Below, piece by piece: positions 47,170 through 58,810 of a stretch of DNA of 64,000 nt. Location of the stretch: positions 20,894 through 84,893 of the forward strand of contig JAADIQ010000120.1 of the NCBI GenBank assembly GCA_013151255.1, written 5' to 3'. The position numbers and the translations under genes are program-made. The stretch is from Alphaproteobacteria bacterium. GTDB lineage: Bacteria > Pseudomonadota > Alphaproteobacteria > Caulobacterales > Parvularculaceae. Within the stretch, counting starts at the first letter, position 1. Each line of letters begins with the position of its first letter. The notes under the pieces are model-generated. The model saw only the letters and a list, made by a program, of their open reading frames with translations. It made no database searches and was not told where the DNA came from.

Positions 47170-48548
47170 GCGGAGCTATGGGCGACGTGCGCGGCATCGT
47201 CCTTAACATCTGTCGGCGTCGCTTCACGCGCAGCCGGAAAGGATTTGAAAAACTGTCCACGCGCCTTGCGTGAAAGCCGCACCGTCAAAACCAGTTCTGT
47301 CTTGCCGGGTTGTTCGTCCATCACTTCAGCATGGCCATAGAGCCAGGCGCGCGCCGCGCCATCCGACGCCGGGATGGCGATATCAATGGTTTCATGCGCA
47401 GCCGTCAGGGTTTCTTCAACTAGCTCGAGGAGCTGATCGACGCCCGCGCCAGTTTGCGCCGACAGCGCAACCCGCACCGGCGTTTCCATTGTACCGACGG
47501 CGCCGGTCTGGCTTGCCTGAGCGATTGTCTCTGCGCTTTCGCGACCCTCATCGCTTAGCAGGTCAAGTTTATTGAGCGCTTCAATCACCGGGCGCTCATC
47601 GTCCTGCTCAATGCCAAGCGCCGCCAACACGGAAATCACGTCGTCGCGCTGGGCTTCGGTGTCTTGATGCGCAAAGTCGCGCACATGGATAATGACATCC
47701 GCTTCCAACACTTCTTCCAACGTGGCGCGGAACGCTGCGACAAGCTGGGTTGGCAGATCGGAGATGAAGCCAACCGTATCGGAAAGGATAAGCCTCAGAC
47801 CCGACGGCAAATCTATCGCCCGCATGGTCGGGTCGAGGGTTGCAAATAAGAGGTCCTCGGCCTTGACCGCAGATTTGGTGAGACGGTTGAACAGCGTCGA
47901 CTTGCCGGCATTGGTGTAGCCGACAAGGGCTGCGACCGGGTGCGGCGCGCGCTTACGCTTGGCGCGTTGCAGCGCTCTGGTGCGCTTTACATCTTCCAGC
48001 TTCTTCTTGAGGCGGACGATTTTATCTGCAAGCGCCCGGCGGTCAGACTCGATTTGCCGTTCGCCCGGCCCGCCAAGGAAACCCGCGCCGCCGCGCTGGC
48101 GCTCAAGGTGGGTCCATGACCGCACCAGCCGCGAGCGTTGATAATCGAGATGCGCGAGCTCAACCTGTAAACGGCCCTCCGCCGTTTGCGCCCGTTCGCC
48201 GAAAATCTCCAAAATCAGCGCCGTACGGTCGAGCACTTTGACGTCCCAGGCGGTTTCCAGGTTACGGTGTTGCACCGGCGTTAGCGCGCCATCGACAATG
48301 ACCAGTCCCGGACGCGGCTCTGTGGCGTCCAGCTGCGCGCGTATTTCGTCAACCTTGCCGCCGCCGATCAGCGTCGCCGGCCGTGGCCGGTTCACCGAAA
48401 TAACTTTGGTGTCGACAACGCAAAGGTTGATCGCCGCCGCAAGCCCGGCGGCCTCTTCCAGCCGCGCCTCGGGCAAGCGTGCGCCCGCCGCGCCTTTCAG
48501 CGCCGGGTGAATGATGATTACAGATACTTGTTCAGCTGCGAGCGTCAT
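47166..48548 (-). CDS. hflX: Ribosome-splitting GTPase HflX
   Basis: HLERQRGG, GPGERQIESDRR, GYTNAGKSTL, LFATLDPT, DTVGFI and NKLD motifs; follows hfq. Confidence 0.97.
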   Translation of the reverse strand: MTLAAEQVSVIIIHPALKGAAGARLPEARLEEAAGLAAAINLCVVDTKVISVNRPRPATLIGGGKVDEIRAQLDATEPRPGLVIVDGALTPVQHRNLETAWDVKVLDRTALILEIFGERAQTAEGRLQVELAHLDYQRSRLVRSWTHLERQRGGAGFLGGPGERQIESDRRALADKIVRLKKKLEDVKRTRALQRAKRKRAPHPVAALVGYTNAGKSTLFNRLTKSAVKAEDLLFATLDPTMRAIDLPSGLRLILSDTVGFISDLPTQLVAAFRATLEEVLEADVIIHVRDFAHQDTEAQRDDVISVLAALGIEQDDERPVIEALNKLDLLSDEGRESAETIAQASQTGAVGTMETPVRVALSAQTGAGVDQLLELVEETLTAAHETIDIAIPASDGAARAWLYGHAEVMDEQPGKTELVLTVRLSRKARGQFFKSFPAAREATPTDVKDDAAHVAHSSA

Positions 48549-48791
48549 TTATTCTTCGTCGTCATCCCCGTCCCAAAGCGTCACCGGCTGTTGCGGCATC
48601 ACGGTGGAAATCGCATGTTTATAAACCAGCTGCGCATGGCCGTCGCGCTTCAGCAATACACAGAAATTATCAAACCAGCTGACGATGCCTTGCAGCTTGA
48701 CGCCGTTCACAAGAAAGATCGTGACCGGGGTTTTTGATTTGCGGACATGATTGAGGAAAGTGTCCTGGAGGTTCTGTTTTTTGTCGGTCAT
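48549..48791 (-). CDS. hfq: RNA chaperone Hfq
   Basis: [19 protein letters not shown] and [10 protein letters not shown]. Confidence 0.98.
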   Translation of the reverse strand: MTDKKQNLQDTFLNHVRKSKTPVTIFLVNGVKLQGIVSWFDNFCVLLKRDGHAQLVYKHAISTVMPQQPVTLWDGDDDEE

Positions 48792-48882
48792 TGGGGCTGC
48801 ACTCCGCCTCATTGTTATAGTTTTTGCAATGCAGCATCATTGTGGCCGCTGAATGGCCCCGAGGCAACTAATTTTAGCCCTT

Positions 48883-49746
48883 TTAGGTCCCGGAAACGCG
48901 GCGGGCCCGTTCCTTATAGGCCTCGCGCAGGCGCAAAGCGATGCGGCCCGGAGCGCCGTCGCCAATTTTGACGCCGTCAATTTCCACCACCGGCGTCACC
49001 AAATTCGTGGCTGAGGTAATAAAAGCCTCGGCGGCCTTTTGCGCCTCGCTGATGCTGAAGGCGCGCTCCTCGACCCGCATCTGCAAATCCTTGGCGCAGG
49101 CCAGCGCCGTCTCACGGGTGATGCCGCCGAGAATATCATGGCCCTTCGGATGAGTAATGAGGACGCCGTCAGCGGTGACAATCCAGGCATTGGAGGACGA
49201 GCCCTCCGTCACCTTGCCATCACGCACCAGCCAGGTTTCAACCGCGCCCGCCTCTACTGCTGCTTGCTTGGCCAGCACATTCGGCAACAGCGAAATCGAC
49301 TTGATGTCGACCCTGCCCCAGCGAATATCCGGCGCCGTGATGACGCCAACGCCCTTAGCCGCTTGCGCATCGCTTTGGTCGAGGTCAAACCGCCGTGCGG
49401 TCATGATCAAAGCGGGCGCAACTTCGTCCGCCGGAAATGGATGGTTGCGAGGCGCAACGCCGCGCGTCACCTGAATATAGACCAGCGCATCGCCAAGCCG
49501 GTTCCGGCGCAGCACTTCGTTCATCACCACTTTCAGGGCGGCAACGCCCATCGGCATGCGAATGCGCAACGCACCAAGCGAGCGCTCCATCCGCGCAAGG
49601 TGGCCCTCCATATCCCAATAGCGCCCGCCAATGACCAGGCAGACTTCATATATTCCGTCTGCGAACTGATAGCCGCGATCATCGATATGCACCATGGCTT
49701 GACTGTGCGGGCCATATTGGCCGTTATAATATGCAATTTTCGCCAT
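48883..49746 (-). CDS. dat: D-amino-acid aminotransferase (class IV PLP)
   Basis: DRGYQFADGIYEV, RVDIKSISLL, TEGSSSN and ILGGITR motifs; conserved position before hfq. Confidence 0.9.
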   Translation of the reverse strand: MAKIAYYNGQYGPHSQAMVHIDDRGYQFADGIYEVCLVIGGRYWDMEGHLARMERSLGALRIRMPMGVAALKVVMNEVLRRNRLGDALVYIQVTRGVAPRNHPFPADEVAPALIMTARRFDLDQSDAQAAKGVGVITAPDIRWGRVDIKSISLLPNVLAKQAAVEAGAVETWLVRDGKVTEGSSSNAWIVTADGVLITHPKGHDILGGITRETALACAKDLQMRVEERAFSISEAQKAAEAFITSATNLVTPVVEIDGVKIGDGAPGRIALRLREAYKERARRVSGT

Positions 49747-49749
49747 GGC

Positions 49750-51144
49750 TTACAGAAATCTCCAAAACACCCGGTTGAGCAAGGCAAGCGCCACCGCCGC
49801 CTCAAGCCTGCCGAGAATCATCGCCACCAGGAGCAGCCACCGGGTCGGCCCCTCAAAGATCGCATAGCCATCCGCCGCGCCTTCGGCAAGCTGCAGCAAC
49901 GGCCCGGCATTGGCGAGGGCCGCCGTCGCCGCCGCCGCCGCGATCTCAAATGAGTGACCGCCAAACGACAACGCCACGACCAGCGCCGCCAGCGTCATCG
50001 TGAACACCAGAAAATGTATCCACACGCCAAGCTCGTTGGCGACGCGGCGGCTGCCGAAAACTGCGCTTGGCGCAACCAGCCTGCGGATTTCCTCGCGCGC
50101 GCGGCGCATAATCACCAGCCAGCGCAGGATTTTAAACCCGCCCGCGGTTGAAACCGCCGCGCCGCCAATAATCGCCGTCACCATTACCGCAATGAGGGGC
50201 GGCGCCTCGCCGATAACATAGCCGTTGGTCGACAATAGCGAGGCGGCGTTAAATATCTGCGGCGCCATCAACCGCACATCACCCGCGCCGGCGAGCACCC
50301 AGAACATCACCCCGACAACCACAAGAATAATCAAATAGGCGCCGGTTTCAACATCGCGCACACGCTCGCGCGCGCCGCGCGCAAGGCGGGCGATCAGCAC
50401 AAAATTGGCGCCGCTGAAAACCAACACGAAAAACATAACGCCGCTGACGGCGGGCGCATACGCGCCGAGGCCATCGGCGTTTGGCAGAAACCCGCCCGAG
50501 GCCACGCCCGACAGCGCGAGGATCACTGCATCAAAGGCCGGGGCGCCAGCGATGGTGAGACTGAAAAACGCAAATAATGTCGCCATTGCATAGATCGAGG
50601 CGAACGCTTTGACCGCATTGCGCAATGGGCGAAGGTAAGAGGCGTCATCGCCGCGCGAGAATGGCGGCAGCAATGTGTCGATGCCGATGAAGGCGGGGCG
50701 AATAAAAATCGCCGCGGCAATGGAGATTGACGCCAAGCCGCCAAGCCATTGCAGCTGCGCACGCCACAACATTCCCGCCGGGCTGGCAATAGCCTCGCTA
50801 TTGGAAAGCCAGCCGCCGGTGGTCGTAATCGCGCTTACGGCTTCGAAATAAGCATCGCCATAGGAGAGCGAGCCCATGGCGAAGGGAATGGCGGCGAATG
50901 CCGGAACCAGCGCCCACCAAATTAAGATGATAATCAGCGCGCCGCGAAAGTCCGTCGGCGGGCGCTTGCCGATACTGGCGACATACGCGCCGCCGGCCGC
51001 CATCAACGATGCTGTCGCGCCGAAAAGATAGGCGCCGGCGCTGTCTTCGCCGCCGCTTATCGCCATCAGCATCGGCGCGATCATCGCCGCGCCAAGCACC
51101 AGCAACATGACCGAAAACCCGCGAAGGATGCTTGTCAGGCCCAT
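49750..51144 (-). CDS. trkH: Trk potassium uptake membrane protein
   Basis: Four pore-loop repeats (TTTGG, ASGGF, STNGY, ANAGP) and GRLE; follows trkA. Confidence 0.88.
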   Translation of the reverse strand: MGLTSILRGFSVMLLVLGAAMIAPMLMAISGGEDSAGAYLFGATASLMAAGGAYVASIGKRPPTDFRGALIIILIWWALVPAFAAIPFAMGSLSYGDAYFEAVSAITTTGGWLSNSEAIASPAGMLWRAQLQWLGGLASISIAAAIFIRPAFIGIDTLLPPFSRGDDASYLRPLRNAVKAFASIYAMATLFAFFSLTIAGAPAFDAVILALSGVASGGFLPNADGLGAYAPAVSGVMFFVLVFSGANFVLIARLARGARERVRDVETGAYLIILVVVGVMFWVLAGAGDVRLMAPQIFNAASLLSTNGYVIGEAPPLIAVMVTAIIGGAAVSTAGGFKILRWLVIMRRAREEIRRLVAPSAVFGSRRVANELGVWIHFLVFTMTLAALVVALSFGGHSFEIAAAAATAALANAGPLLQLAEGAADGYAIFEGPTRWLLLVAMILGRLEAAVALALLNRVFWRFL

Positions 51145-51222
51145 GCTGCGCCGTCCCTGTCCCGGTTGCATGGGCCCCTATCGTTTGGGCCCCGCCCGTT
51201 TGAGGGCCAGCCATTTGGGCGG

Positions 51223-52596
51223 TTAAAAATATTCAATGCTGACACGGAACATCTGTTCTACGTCTTTGACGTTCTCACGCATTGACATCAAGACAATGCG
51301 GTCGCCGGCATTGATGACGGTGTCGCCGGTTGGCATTTGCACCTCGCCATCACGCAACACCGCGCCGATCATTACGCCTTCCGGCAGTTTCGCCTCGCGC
51401 AACGGCTTGTTGACCAGCGGCGAGGTTTCAAGCGCCACCGCATCGACCAGTTCCGCCGCGCCATCGGAAAGAGAATAAACCCCTTTGATACGTCCGCGCC
51501 GCACATGCTGTAAAATCGTTGAGATGGTTGTCGCCCTCGGGTCGATAAACCTGTCAATGCCAACCGCTTCGCAAACCGGGCCGTACTCACTGTCGTTAAT
51601 CAACGCCATCGAACCGCGCCCGCCTTCGCGCTTGGCGACGACGGAAGCCAAAATATTCACCTGGTCGTTGTCGGTCACCGCGACAACAGTTTCCGCCTCG
51701 CTGACGCCGGCCTCACGCAAGATAGACCGGTCGAGCCCGTCGCCGAGGAGAACGATAGTTCGCTCCAGCTCTTCTGCCAGAAACTCCGCACGCTTGCGGT
51801 CGCGCTCAATGATGCGGATTTTCATCGCACCCAGCTTTTCAAGCCCTTTGGCGACGAACAGGCCAACATTGCCGCCACCGATAATGACCACACGGCGCGC
51901 TCTGCTGGCCGCCTCGCCCATAATTTCCAAAGCGCGCTGGACATCATTGCGGTCAGCAATAAAATAAATCTGATCACCGGTCTCGAGTTGGTCGCCGGCA
52001 TGGGCGCGCCACAGTCTCTCGCCGCGCTTGATGGCCACGATGGTGATTTTCAAGTCGGGAAAAAGTTCGGCGACCTGACGCAACGGCGTGTTGATGATGG
52101 CGCAATCTTCGCGAAGCTTAACGCCAACCGCCCATATCCGTCCATCGGCAAACGAGGTCACCTCAAATGCGCCCGGCGTCGACATTCGGCGCATGATAGC
52201 TTCGGAAACCTCGCGCTCCGGCGAGATGATGACGTCAATCGGCATATGTTTGCGGGCGTAAAGGTCAGAGTATTTCGGATCGAGATAGGCTTGCGCGCGC
52301 ACCCGGGCGATTTTTGTCGGCACGTTGAAAAGCGTGTGGGCAATCTGACAGGCGATCATATTGACCTCGTCAGAATAGGTCACCGCGATCACCATATCAG
52401 CCTCGCGCGCGCCCGCCTCTTCCAAAATTTCTGGATAGGCGCCATTGCCGACAACGCCGCGCACATCGAGGCGCTCGGCGACCGTGCGGATCAGCTCTTT
52501 TGACTGATCAATCACGGTGACTTCGTTGTCCTCGCGAGAAAGCCGGCGGGCGATGCCGACACCGACACGCCCGGCGCCGCAAACGATCACTCTCAT
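51223..52596 (-). CDS. trkA: Trk system NAD-binding subunit
   Basis: Two RCK domains (CGAGRVG, IGGGNVG). Confidence 0.96.
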   Translation of the reverse strand: MRVIVCGAGRVGVGIARRLSREDNEVTVIDQSKELIRTVAERLDVRGVVGNGAYPEILEEAGAREADMVIAVTYSDEVNMIACQIAHTLFNVPTKIARVRAQAYLDPKYSDLYARKHMPIDVIISPEREVSEAIMRRMSTPGAFEVTSFADGRIWAVGVKLREDCAIINTPLRQVAELFPDLKITIVAIKRGERLWRAHAGDQLETGDQIYFIADRNDVQRALEIMGEAASRARRVVIIGGGNVGLFVAKGLEKLGAMKIRIIERDRKRAEFLAEELERTIVLLGDGLDRSILREAGVSEAETVVAVTDNDQVNILASVVAKREGGRGSMALINDSEYGPVCEAVGIDRFIDPRATTISTILQHVRRGRIKGVYSLSDGAAELVDAVALETSPLVNKPLREAKLPEGVMIGAVLRDGEVQMPTGDTVINAGDRIVLMSMRENVKDVEQMFRVSIEYF

Positions 52597-52625
52597 GATC
52601 TATCCTTAAATTTCGGCGCTCTTGA

Positions 52626-54014
<1,389 letters not shown>

Positions 54015-54037
54015 GGGTACACGCTCTTTCCACTTTC

Positions 54038-56389
54038 CTACTCAGCCGCCGCGGGACTGCTCGCAACGGCGACTTCTTCACTGGCGCGCGGCAAGGTCAT
54101 CGTAATCCGTGCGCCGCTCTTTCCTAAAGATCCGTCATCTGAAAACTCCAAGGCGCCGCCATGCTCTTCCGCGACTTTCTTAACAATCGCGAGGCCGAGG
54201 CCGGTGCCTTTGGTTCGCGTCGTCATATAAGGCTCGGTCAGACGGTGGCGTTCCGCCTCGGGCAAGCCAACGCCATTGTCGATAAAATGAATTTTGGAAA
54301 CGCCGTCATCGACGGTGATTTCAACCTTGATCTTGCCGGGCGTTGCATCATCGGTATCGGCAAGCCGCGCGGTCACAGCCTCGCCCGCATTCTTGAGCAG
54401 GTTGGAAAACGCCTGCACCAGCAAGCGGCCATCGCATTCGGCTATCACCGGCGTGTCCGGCGCTTCAATGATGAATTCAATCTCGGGGAACGTCACTTTT
54501 TGCGGGAAGACAGCCGCTTTGACCAATTCACGCAAATCTTCCCGACCGATCACCGGCTTGGGCATCCGCGCGAAAGACGAGAACTCATCAACCATGCGGC
54601 CAATGTCGTTGACCTGGCGGATGATTGTTTCGGTGCATTTGTCAAAGACTTCCGGCGTCGAGGTCACTTCATTGAGATATTTCCGGCGCAACCTTTCGGC
54701 CGAAAGCTGAATCGGGGTGAGCGGGTTTTTAATCTCATGCGCAATACGGCGCGCAACATCGCCCCAGGCGGCGTTGCGCTGAGCGGAAATCAATTGGGTA
54801 ATATCGTCAAATGTCGCAACGAAGCGTTTGCGCCCATCGACGACATCTTTCACGATACGCACGTTCAGCGTCTGCATGCGTCCATGACGTGTCAGATTGA
54901 TCTGATCGCCAACCTCGGCAAAGGACGAGACTGACGATGATTCAAGCAAGTCGCACAACTCCGGCATGACGGCTTTGATATTCTGGCCCGTAAGCCGGCC
55001 GGCGTCTTCACCGAGCAGCTCAGCCGCTGATTTGTTTGCAATCGTAATCCGGCCGCCCTCAGCAAGGCCGATAACGCCCGCCGATACGCCGGACAGCACC
55101 GCCTCGGTAAACCGGCGCCGTTCGTCAAACTGCCGGTTGGTGTCGATGAGGTCGTCGCGCTGGGTCTGTAGCTGCGCGGTCATGTGGTTCATGGAGCGGG
55201 CGAGAACGCCAAGCTCGCCGTCATCCTGGTGCACCTCAACCCGCGCATCAAGCGCGCCGCCAGAGACCCGCCCGGCCATATCGACCAGCCGCGTGATCGG
55301 TTGCACCAGACGCGTCGCCGCCCAAAGCGCGAGCCAAATCGCGCCAAAAAGAATAATCACCGCCAGCACGATATAGCCAAGCAGGAACACCCGCTCGAGC
55401 CGCGCGCGGCCAAGCTTTGCATCCTCCCAATCGGCGACAACGCTGCGCGTCGCCACCAAGCGCCCGGCGGTTCGGGCGTCAATCGAGCGATAGGCGATCA
55501 GCGTGCCGCCATCGTAATAGGCAAGCCCCAGCGCGCCGACAAAAGTATCAAACTTCGCCGCATCGTTGACGCCGAAGAAAAACACCTCCCCCGGTAAATC
55601 GGCGGAGCGAACCTTTTCAAGGTTTTCCGCCGATGGCAGATTATAACTGCCAGGCTCAATCTCGGCCCGGACCATGATGCGCATATCACCATCGATCAAA
55701 TACAGCGCCGATAGCCCGCGCACTTGCGCTTGCGCAAAAAGATAGCGCCGGAAGCTGATCGGTGTTTCGGTAAACCCAAGGCCAGCCTCTTCCTGGCGGC
55801 TGATGTCAAAGGCTATCTCGCGCATGGTTTGTTCATGCTCAACCCGGCGCATATCAACGATGCCATTGGCGAGGTCGCGCGCGGTGTTTTGGTAATTATC
55901 AATCCGTTCACTGAAGACATCGTTGAGGCTGGTGCGCATAATGGTGAACGCAAATAAAAATGCGACAATCGCCGGGACAACCGCAAGCGCGGAGAAGATG
56001 CCGACCAGTTGAAGGTGGGTGCGCGAGCCGGCAAGCTGGTTGCGGCGTTCCGACAACACATGCCACAGTCGTACGCCGATCAGGATGGCAAAGCCGGCGG
56101 CAATGACAATATTGCCGACCACCATCGACATCAGGAACGCGCGGTCGACGCGTTCGACCATTGGCGACATCAAAAACCAGGTGGTAAGAAACGCAACCCC
56201 GCCGGCGCCGAACAGGGCAGCAGCGGCCGTCGTATTCGACAGCGCCCATTGCGGCAGCAAACGCCCGGCGCCGCGCGCGCCAGCCGGCGCGCCGCTTGCC
56301 TTATCTGCGATGTGATCTTCTAAACCCAACTTGCCGTCCTGCGGGATCTCAAAACTGTACCACTCCCCCCGGATGCGCGGGTCCTCCAT
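54038..56389 (-). CDS. ntrY: Sensor histidine kinase NtrY
   Basis: TM, HAMP, PAS, H-box AWGDVARRIAHEIKNPLTP, N-box NLLKNA, G boxes. Start uncertain. Confidence 0.93.
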   Translation of the reverse strand: MEDPRIRGEWYSFEIPQDGKLGLEDHIADKASGAPAGARGAGRLLPQWALSNTTAAAALFGAGGVAFLTTWFLMSPMVERVDRAFLMSMVVGNIVIAAGFAILIGVRLWHVLSERRNQLAGSRTHLQLVGIFSALAVVPAIVAFLFAFTIMRTSLNDVFSERIDNYQNTARDLANGIVDMRRVEHEQTMREIAFDISRQEEAGLGFTETPISFRRYLFAQAQVRGLSALYLIDGDMRIMVRAEIEPGSYNLPSAENLEKVRSADLPGEVFFFGVNDAAKFDTFVGALGLAYYDGGTLIAYRSIDARTAGRLVATRSVVADWEDAKLGRARLERVFLLGYIVLAVIILFGAIWLALWAATRLVQPITRLVDMAGRVSGGALDARVEVHQDDGELGVLARSMNHMTAQLQTQRDDLIDTNRQFDERRRFTEAVLSGVSAGVIGLAEGGRITIANKSAAELLGEDAGRLTGQNIKAVMPELCDLLESSSVSSFAEVGDQINLTRHGRMQTLNVRIVKDVVDGRKRFVATFDDITQLISAQRNAAWGDVARRIAHEIKNPLTPIQLSAERLRRKYLNEVTSTPEVFDKCTETIIRQVNDIGRMVDEFSSFARMPKPVIGREDLRELVKAAVFPQKVTFPEIEFIIEAPDTPVIAECDGRLLVQAFSNLLKNAGEAVTARLADTDDATPGKIKVEITVDDGVSKIHFIDNGVGLPEAERHRLTEPYMTTRTKGTGLGLAIVKKVAEEHGGALEFSDDGSLGKSGARITMTLPRASEEVAVASSPAAAE

Positions 56390-56462
56390 AAGGATGCGCG
56401 CGCAAGGTTCATGGGCGCTCCCTAGTCTGCAAGCCACGAACCACGGGGGATGCTGCGTCGAT

Positions 56463-56502
56463 TGTTGCAAGAAATCAACACAAATGTTGCAAAAATGAAA
56501 CA
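56463..56502. promoter_or_regulatory. Tandem TGT-N12-ACA palindromes upstream of ntrY
   Basis: TGTTGCAAGAAATCAACA at 56463-56480 and TGTTGCAAAAATGAAACA at 56485-56502, 22 bp apart. Confidence 0.5.
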
Positions 56503-56525
56503 GTCAGTAATACGCCGTGTGAGGG

Positions 56526-57536
56526 TCAGGCGGCGAAGCGCTCGAGCGCGGCGTCATCACGCTCGAAAAAGGCTCTCAACGCCTCACCAACCCGCTCCGG
56601 CGCAGCGATCCGACAGATCCCCGCTCTGAAGGCCCGGCGCAGCGTCGGGTCGATATCAACCGGCGCATGATCGACATAAGCGGCAAGGTGTTTTCGCGCC
56701 ATGCGGACGCCCAGCGGCGCGCCATAATGGGCGATTGTCTCGCGATAATGCGCCAGCGCTACGTTTCTCGCAGCGTCCAGCGACGGCGGCGTCATCGCCT
56801 CGCCGCTCGCCAAAGCTCTCGCCACCGCGCCGGCGAGCCAGGGTCTACCGATCATCGCCCGCCCGATCATCACGCCGTCGGCGCCGGATTGGGACAGCGC
56901 ACGGCGCGCCGTCACATCATCAACGATATCACCGTTAACGATAACCGGAACGCTGACCGCCTCCTTCACGCCACGCACCGCGGACCAGTCGGCTTCACCG
57001 GTAAAAAACTGACAACGGGTGCGGCCATGAACGGTGATCATCGCAACGCCAGCGCTTTGCGCTCTGGCGGCAAGCTCAGCCGCATTCAGGCAATCATGGT
57101 CCCAGCCGAGCCGCATCTTCAACGTCACCGGCTTCGACGTCGCCGCCACTGTCGCCTCAATCAGCCGCAAGGCGTGGTCGAGATCGCGCATCAGCGCTGA
57201 ACCGGAGGCCGCGCCGGTCACCTGCCGCGACGGACAGCCCATATTGATATCGATGATGTCGGCGCCGGCGGCCTCAGCCAGCTTAGCGCCCTGCGCCATC
57301 CATTGCGCCTCGCGCCCGGCAAGCTGGATCACCAACGGAAAGATGGCGCCGTCACTCGCCGTGCGGCGCACCACATCCGGGCGCGCCCGCGCCAGCTCAA
57401 TACTGGCGACCATCTCCGAGACAACCATCCCAGCGCCAAGCCGCGCCGCCGCCCGCCGGAACGGCAAATCGCTGATACCGGACATCGGCGCGGCGATGAC
57501 TGTGTTGGAAAGGTTTATGCCGCTGATTGAAAACAT
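56526..57536 (-). CDS. dusB: tRNA-dihydrouridine synthase B (NifR3)
   Basis: APMSGISD, QLAG, DINMGCP, VHGRT, NGDI and MIGRA motifs. Confidence 0.96.
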   Translation of the reverse strand: MFSISGINLSNTVIAAPMSGISDLPFRRAAARLGAGMVVSEMVASIELARARPDVVRRTASDGAIFPLVIQLAGREAQWMAQGAKLAEAAGADIIDINMGCPSRQVTGAASGSALMRDLDHALRLIEATVAATSKPVTLKMRLGWDHDCLNAAELAARAQSAGVAMITVHGRTRCQFFTGEADWSAVRGVKEAVSVPVIVNGDIVDDVTARRALSQSGADGVMIGRAMIGRPWLAGAVARALASGEAMTPPSLDAARNVALAHYRETIAHYGAPLGVRMARKHLAAYVDHAPVDIDPTLRRAFRAGICRIAAPERVGEALRAFFERDDAALERFAA

Positions 57537-57605
57537 TCTTCTTGAGCGTCCTTGGCTAGCGGGGTGTTTAGCCGTTAAACCAACAGCTTACAAATGAGTT
57601 CGCAC

Positions 57606-58799
57606 ATGAAAAAGCCGGAAACTATCGCCATTATCGTCGCCGCCGGGCGCGGCGCGCGGGCTGGCGCCGGCGGGCCGAAGCAATATCGCGCGCTTGGCGA
57701 GCGGGCGGTGATCGCCTGGACGGCGGAGGCTTTTCTCACACATGACGACATCGATGCGGTGCGCATCATCATTCACCGTGACGACCACGATGCTTATGAA
57801 GCGGCCATGGACGGGCTGCTGGCGCACCCAAAGCTATTGCCCCCGGTCGATGGCGGCGCCCAGCGTCAGGATTCTGTGCGCATCGGCGTTGAAAGCCTTG
57901 CGGCGAATGCGCCGGCTTATGTTCTCATTCACGATGCGGCGCGGCCTTTCATTGATGCGCCGAGCATCGCCCGCGTCATCGCCGCGTTGCAGACCCATGA
58001 CGGGGCGATCGCCGCCCTGCCGATGCACGACACTATAAAACGCGCAGACAGGCACGCGGGGGCCGATGCGGTGATTGACGCCACCGTACCGCGCGACGGC
58101 TTGTGGCGGGCGCAAACGCCGCAAGGATTTCACTTTGACAAAATCCTCAGCGCCCATCGCGCCGCCCAAGGCGAGGTGCTGACCGACGACGCCGCGGTTG
58201 CCGAAGCCGCGCAAATGCGCGTCGCGCTGGTCGCCGGCTCGCCGGACAATATGAAAATCACCCAGGCGGAAGATTTTGGCATGGCCGAGATTCTGCTGCG
58301 ACGGAAAGTGAATGAGATGGAATACCGCACCGGTCACGGCTATGACGTCCACACCTTTGAAGACGGCGCCGCCGTCATTCTTTGCGGCGTTGAAATCCCC
58401 CATGACAAAAAACTCAAAGGCCATTCCGACGCCGACGCCGGCATGCATGCGCTCACCGACGCCATTCTCGGCGCGATCGGCGAAGGCGATATCGGCGATC
58501 ACTTTCCGCCCTCCGATCCGCAATGGAAGGGCGCGCCGTCTCGCATATTTCTAACCAAGGCGCACGAGCTGGTCGCCGCGCGCGCGGGCCGCATCATTCA
58601 TTGCGACGTCACGCTGATTTGCGAAGCGCCAAAGATCGGCCCGCATCGCGAGAAAATGCGCGCCGCGCTCGGCGAAATTTTACAAATTGAACCCTCGCGA
58701 ATTTCCGTCAAAGCGACGACAACGGAACAACTGGGTTTTACCGGCCGGCGCGAGGGCATCGCCGCAATGGCGACCGCAACGATCGCACTTCCGCAATAG
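57606..58799 (+). CDS. ispDF: Bifunctional MEP cytidylyltransferase / MEcPP synthase
   Basis: AAGRGAR, KQY, RQDSV, HDAARP and QTPQ (IspD), then GHGYDVH, HSDAD, GDIGDHF and KATTTE.LGF (IspF). Confidence 0.97.
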   Translation: MKKPETIAIIVAAGRGARAGAGGPKQYRALGERAVIAWTAEAFLTHDDIDAVRIIIHRDDHDAYEAAMDGLLAHPKLLPPVDGGAQRQDSVRIGVESLAANAPAYVLIHDAARPFIDAPSIARVIAALQTHDGAIAALPMHDTIKRADRHAGADAVIDATVPRDGLWRAQTPQGFHFDKILSAHRAAQGEVLTDDAAVAEAAQMRVALVAGSPDNMKITQAEDFGMAEILLRRKVNEMEYRTGHGYDVHTFEDGAAVILCGVEIPHDKKLKGHSDADAGMHALTDAILGAIGEGDIGDHFPPSDPQWKGAPSRIFLTKAHELVAARAGRIIHCDVTLICEAPKIGPHREKMRAALGEILQIEPSRISVKATTTEQLGFTGRREGIAAMATATIALPQ

Positions 58800-58810
58800 G
58801 AGATCACACA

